Positions 62,508 through 64,000 of a DNA stretch of 64,000 nucleotides are shown here, in pieces. Source of the stretch: an uncultured delta proteobacterium (GTDB taxonomy: Bacteria > Myxococcota > Myxococcia > Myxococcales > Myxococcaceae); assembly GCA_963771175.1 (NCBI GenBank), contig CAVYSY010000024.1, positions 96,001-160,000 on the forward strand, written 5' to 3'. Position 1 is the first letter of the stretch. Every line of letters starts with the position of its first letter. Position numbers and translations under genes: made by a program. The notes beneath the pieces were generated by a model. It was not told the origin of the DNA and made no database searches. It saw only the letters and a list, made by a program, of their open reading frames with translations.

Positions 62508-63350
62508 ATGCGGCGCGAACTCCTCCTCCTCTCCTTCCTCTCCCTGGGTGGCTGCGCGTGGGACGCCGGCCAGGGCTTCGCGGTGGTGGAGCCCACCGTG
62601 CGAGCCACGTACGAGACCCTGCCCGAGCGCGACGCGGGAGACCGCTACCAGCGGCTGAGCTCGGACTACCAGGTGCGCGTGAACTCGGGCTCGATGCGAC
62701 TGTCCGACATCGAGCTGCTCTCCCTCAGCACGGGAGGCTCCGGCGGAAGCTTCGATCCGGCCAACCCTCCCCCGCGCTACTCGCTGTGCCACGGCGGCCA
62801 CTGCCACCGCGACGACGGGGCGCTCATCCCCTACGAGCAGATCATCGCGGAGATGGGCGGGGGCGGCGGCTCCAGCACGGTGGTGACGCTCCCCGTGGAT
62901 GAGCCGTTCGATCTGCTGGCCTCGGAGACGCGCGCGGTGGGCTGCACGCCGGACTGCGCGCTGCCCAATACGCAGGTGTCCCAGGGTCGCTGGGGCGTCG
63001 AGGCGCTGCGGCTCGAGGGCACCGTGCGTGACGGGCGCCCCACCCCGCGATTCTCAGGCGAGCGCCGCTTCCGGTTGGACCTCCCCAAGCCCACGACCCC
63101 TGACACGCCGGTAGCGGTGCTCGCTGGCGAGGTGGATCTGCCCTCGAACCGGGAGGACCCGCCGGAGGCCCGGCTGGCCCTGGACCTGGCCCTGTCGGCC
63201 ACGCTGTTCGATCCCCTGGACTGGAGCACGCTGGCGTTGGGGATGGACGGCGTGGTGGACTTCAATGACCCGGCCAACGCCGAGGCACTCCAGGTGCTCC
63301 TCGAGCGGCTGGCGCAGGTCTCGCCCGAAGCGGAGGTGACCCGTGGATGA
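62508..63350 (+). CDS. Hypothetical lipoprotein with CHGGHCH metal-binding motif
   Basis: Lipobox LGGC and YSLCHGGHCH. Located within the metal ABC operon. Confidence 0.75.
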   Translation: MRRELLLLSFLSLGGCAWDAGQGFAVVEPTVRATYETLPERDAGDRYQRLSSDYQVRVNSGSMRLSDIELLSLSTGGSGGSFDPANPPPRYSLCHGGHCHRDDGALIPYEQIIAEMGGGGGSSTVVTLPVDEPFDLLASETRAVGCTPDCALPNTQVSQGRWGVEALRLEGTVRDGRPTPRFSGERRFRLDLPKPTTPDTPVAVLAGEVDLPSNREDPPEARLALDLALSATLFDPLDWSTLALGMDGVVDFNDPANAEALQVLLERLAQVSPEAEVTRG

Positions 63351-64000
63351 CCTCAAGCATTCGCATCCGCAGCCCCACAAGCACACGCACGACCACGACC
63401 AGCACGAGCACCACCACCAGCACGAGCACTCGTCCGACCTGCTCCTGTGCTGTGAGGACCTGGTCGTCGGCTACAACGGCAAGCCGATGCTGCCGGCCAT
63501 CAGCCTGCAGATCCGCCGCGGCACCTTCCTGTCGGTGATCGGCCGCAACGGCTCGGGCAAGAGCACCTGGTTCAAGACGTTGCTGGGCATGCTCCCCCCG
63601 GTGTCCGGCTGCGTGGCGCGCACCGGTGAGCACGTGAAGAGCGCCTATGTGCCCCAGACTTCTGGCATCGACGCGCTGCTGCCGGTGCGCTCGAGCGAGA
63701 TCGTGCACTGGGGGCGACTGTCTGGGTGGAACTTCCTGTGGCCCTTCGCCAAGAAGCAGGACCGGCATCTGGTGGACTCGGCACTGGACTCGGCCGGAGC
63801 CCGGGTCATCGCCAACCGTCCCTACCGCGACCTGTCCGAGGGCCAGAAGCAGCGCGCCCTGCTGGCGCGGGTGCTGGCCACCGAGGCGGACTTCGTGCTG
63901 CTGGACGAGCCCACCGCCTCCATGGACGCCGTGGCCGAGCGAGAGACGATGCAGCGCCTCGCGGAGCTGACGCGCGGGCCGCGACGCCTCGGGGTCGTGG
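63343..64000 (+). CDS. znuC: Metal ABC transporter ATPase with His-rich N-terminus (runs off the window)
   Basis: Read manually from GTG 63343: HSHPQPHKHTHDHDQHEHHHQHEH, Walker A GRNGSGKST, LSEGQKQR, LLDEP. Confidence 0.88.
   Translation, partial: MDDLKHSHPQPHKHTHDHDQHEHHHQHEHSSDLLLCCEDLVVGYNGKPMLPAISLQIRRGTFLSVIGRNGSGKSTWFKTLLGMLPPVSGCVARTGEHVKSAYVPQTSGIDALLPVRSSEIVHWGRLSGWNFLWPFAKKQDRHLVDSALDSAGARVIANRPYRDLSEGQKQRALLARVLATEADFVLLDEPTASMDAVAERETMQRLAELTRGPRRLGVV

Overview
High-GC myxobacterial (Archangium/Cystobacter-like; inferred from gene content) chromosomal window. A core backbone is present: 6S RNA-ygfA-YmdB-like-tyrS, SRAP, rlmE, acyl-CoA dehydrogenase, CaiB/SCP2, a two-component pair, tatA, acyl-CoA ligase, a sigD-like sigma factor, glcD-like oxidase, folE and a Zn-uptake operon. 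It is interspersed with accessory genes: secreted peptidase, sugar dehydrogenase, EndoU nuclease and Sel1 proteins, three paralogous sensor kinases, and an orphan IS21-like end next to an ECF sigma and rclC. The most striking element is a compact three-gene, ~20 kb type I PKS (29570-49468, minus strand). It has no loading ACP, no thioesterase and no tailoring genes, and three of its five AT domains are catalytically dead. It ends in a stand-alone KS whose second catalytic His is replaced by Tyr, with further pocket changes inside an otherwise near-identical duplicated DNA block, which makes this KS a candidate chain-release or cyclisation enzyme. Many single-base frameshifts, including in tyrS and folE, point to sequencing or assembly error rather than true pseudogenes.
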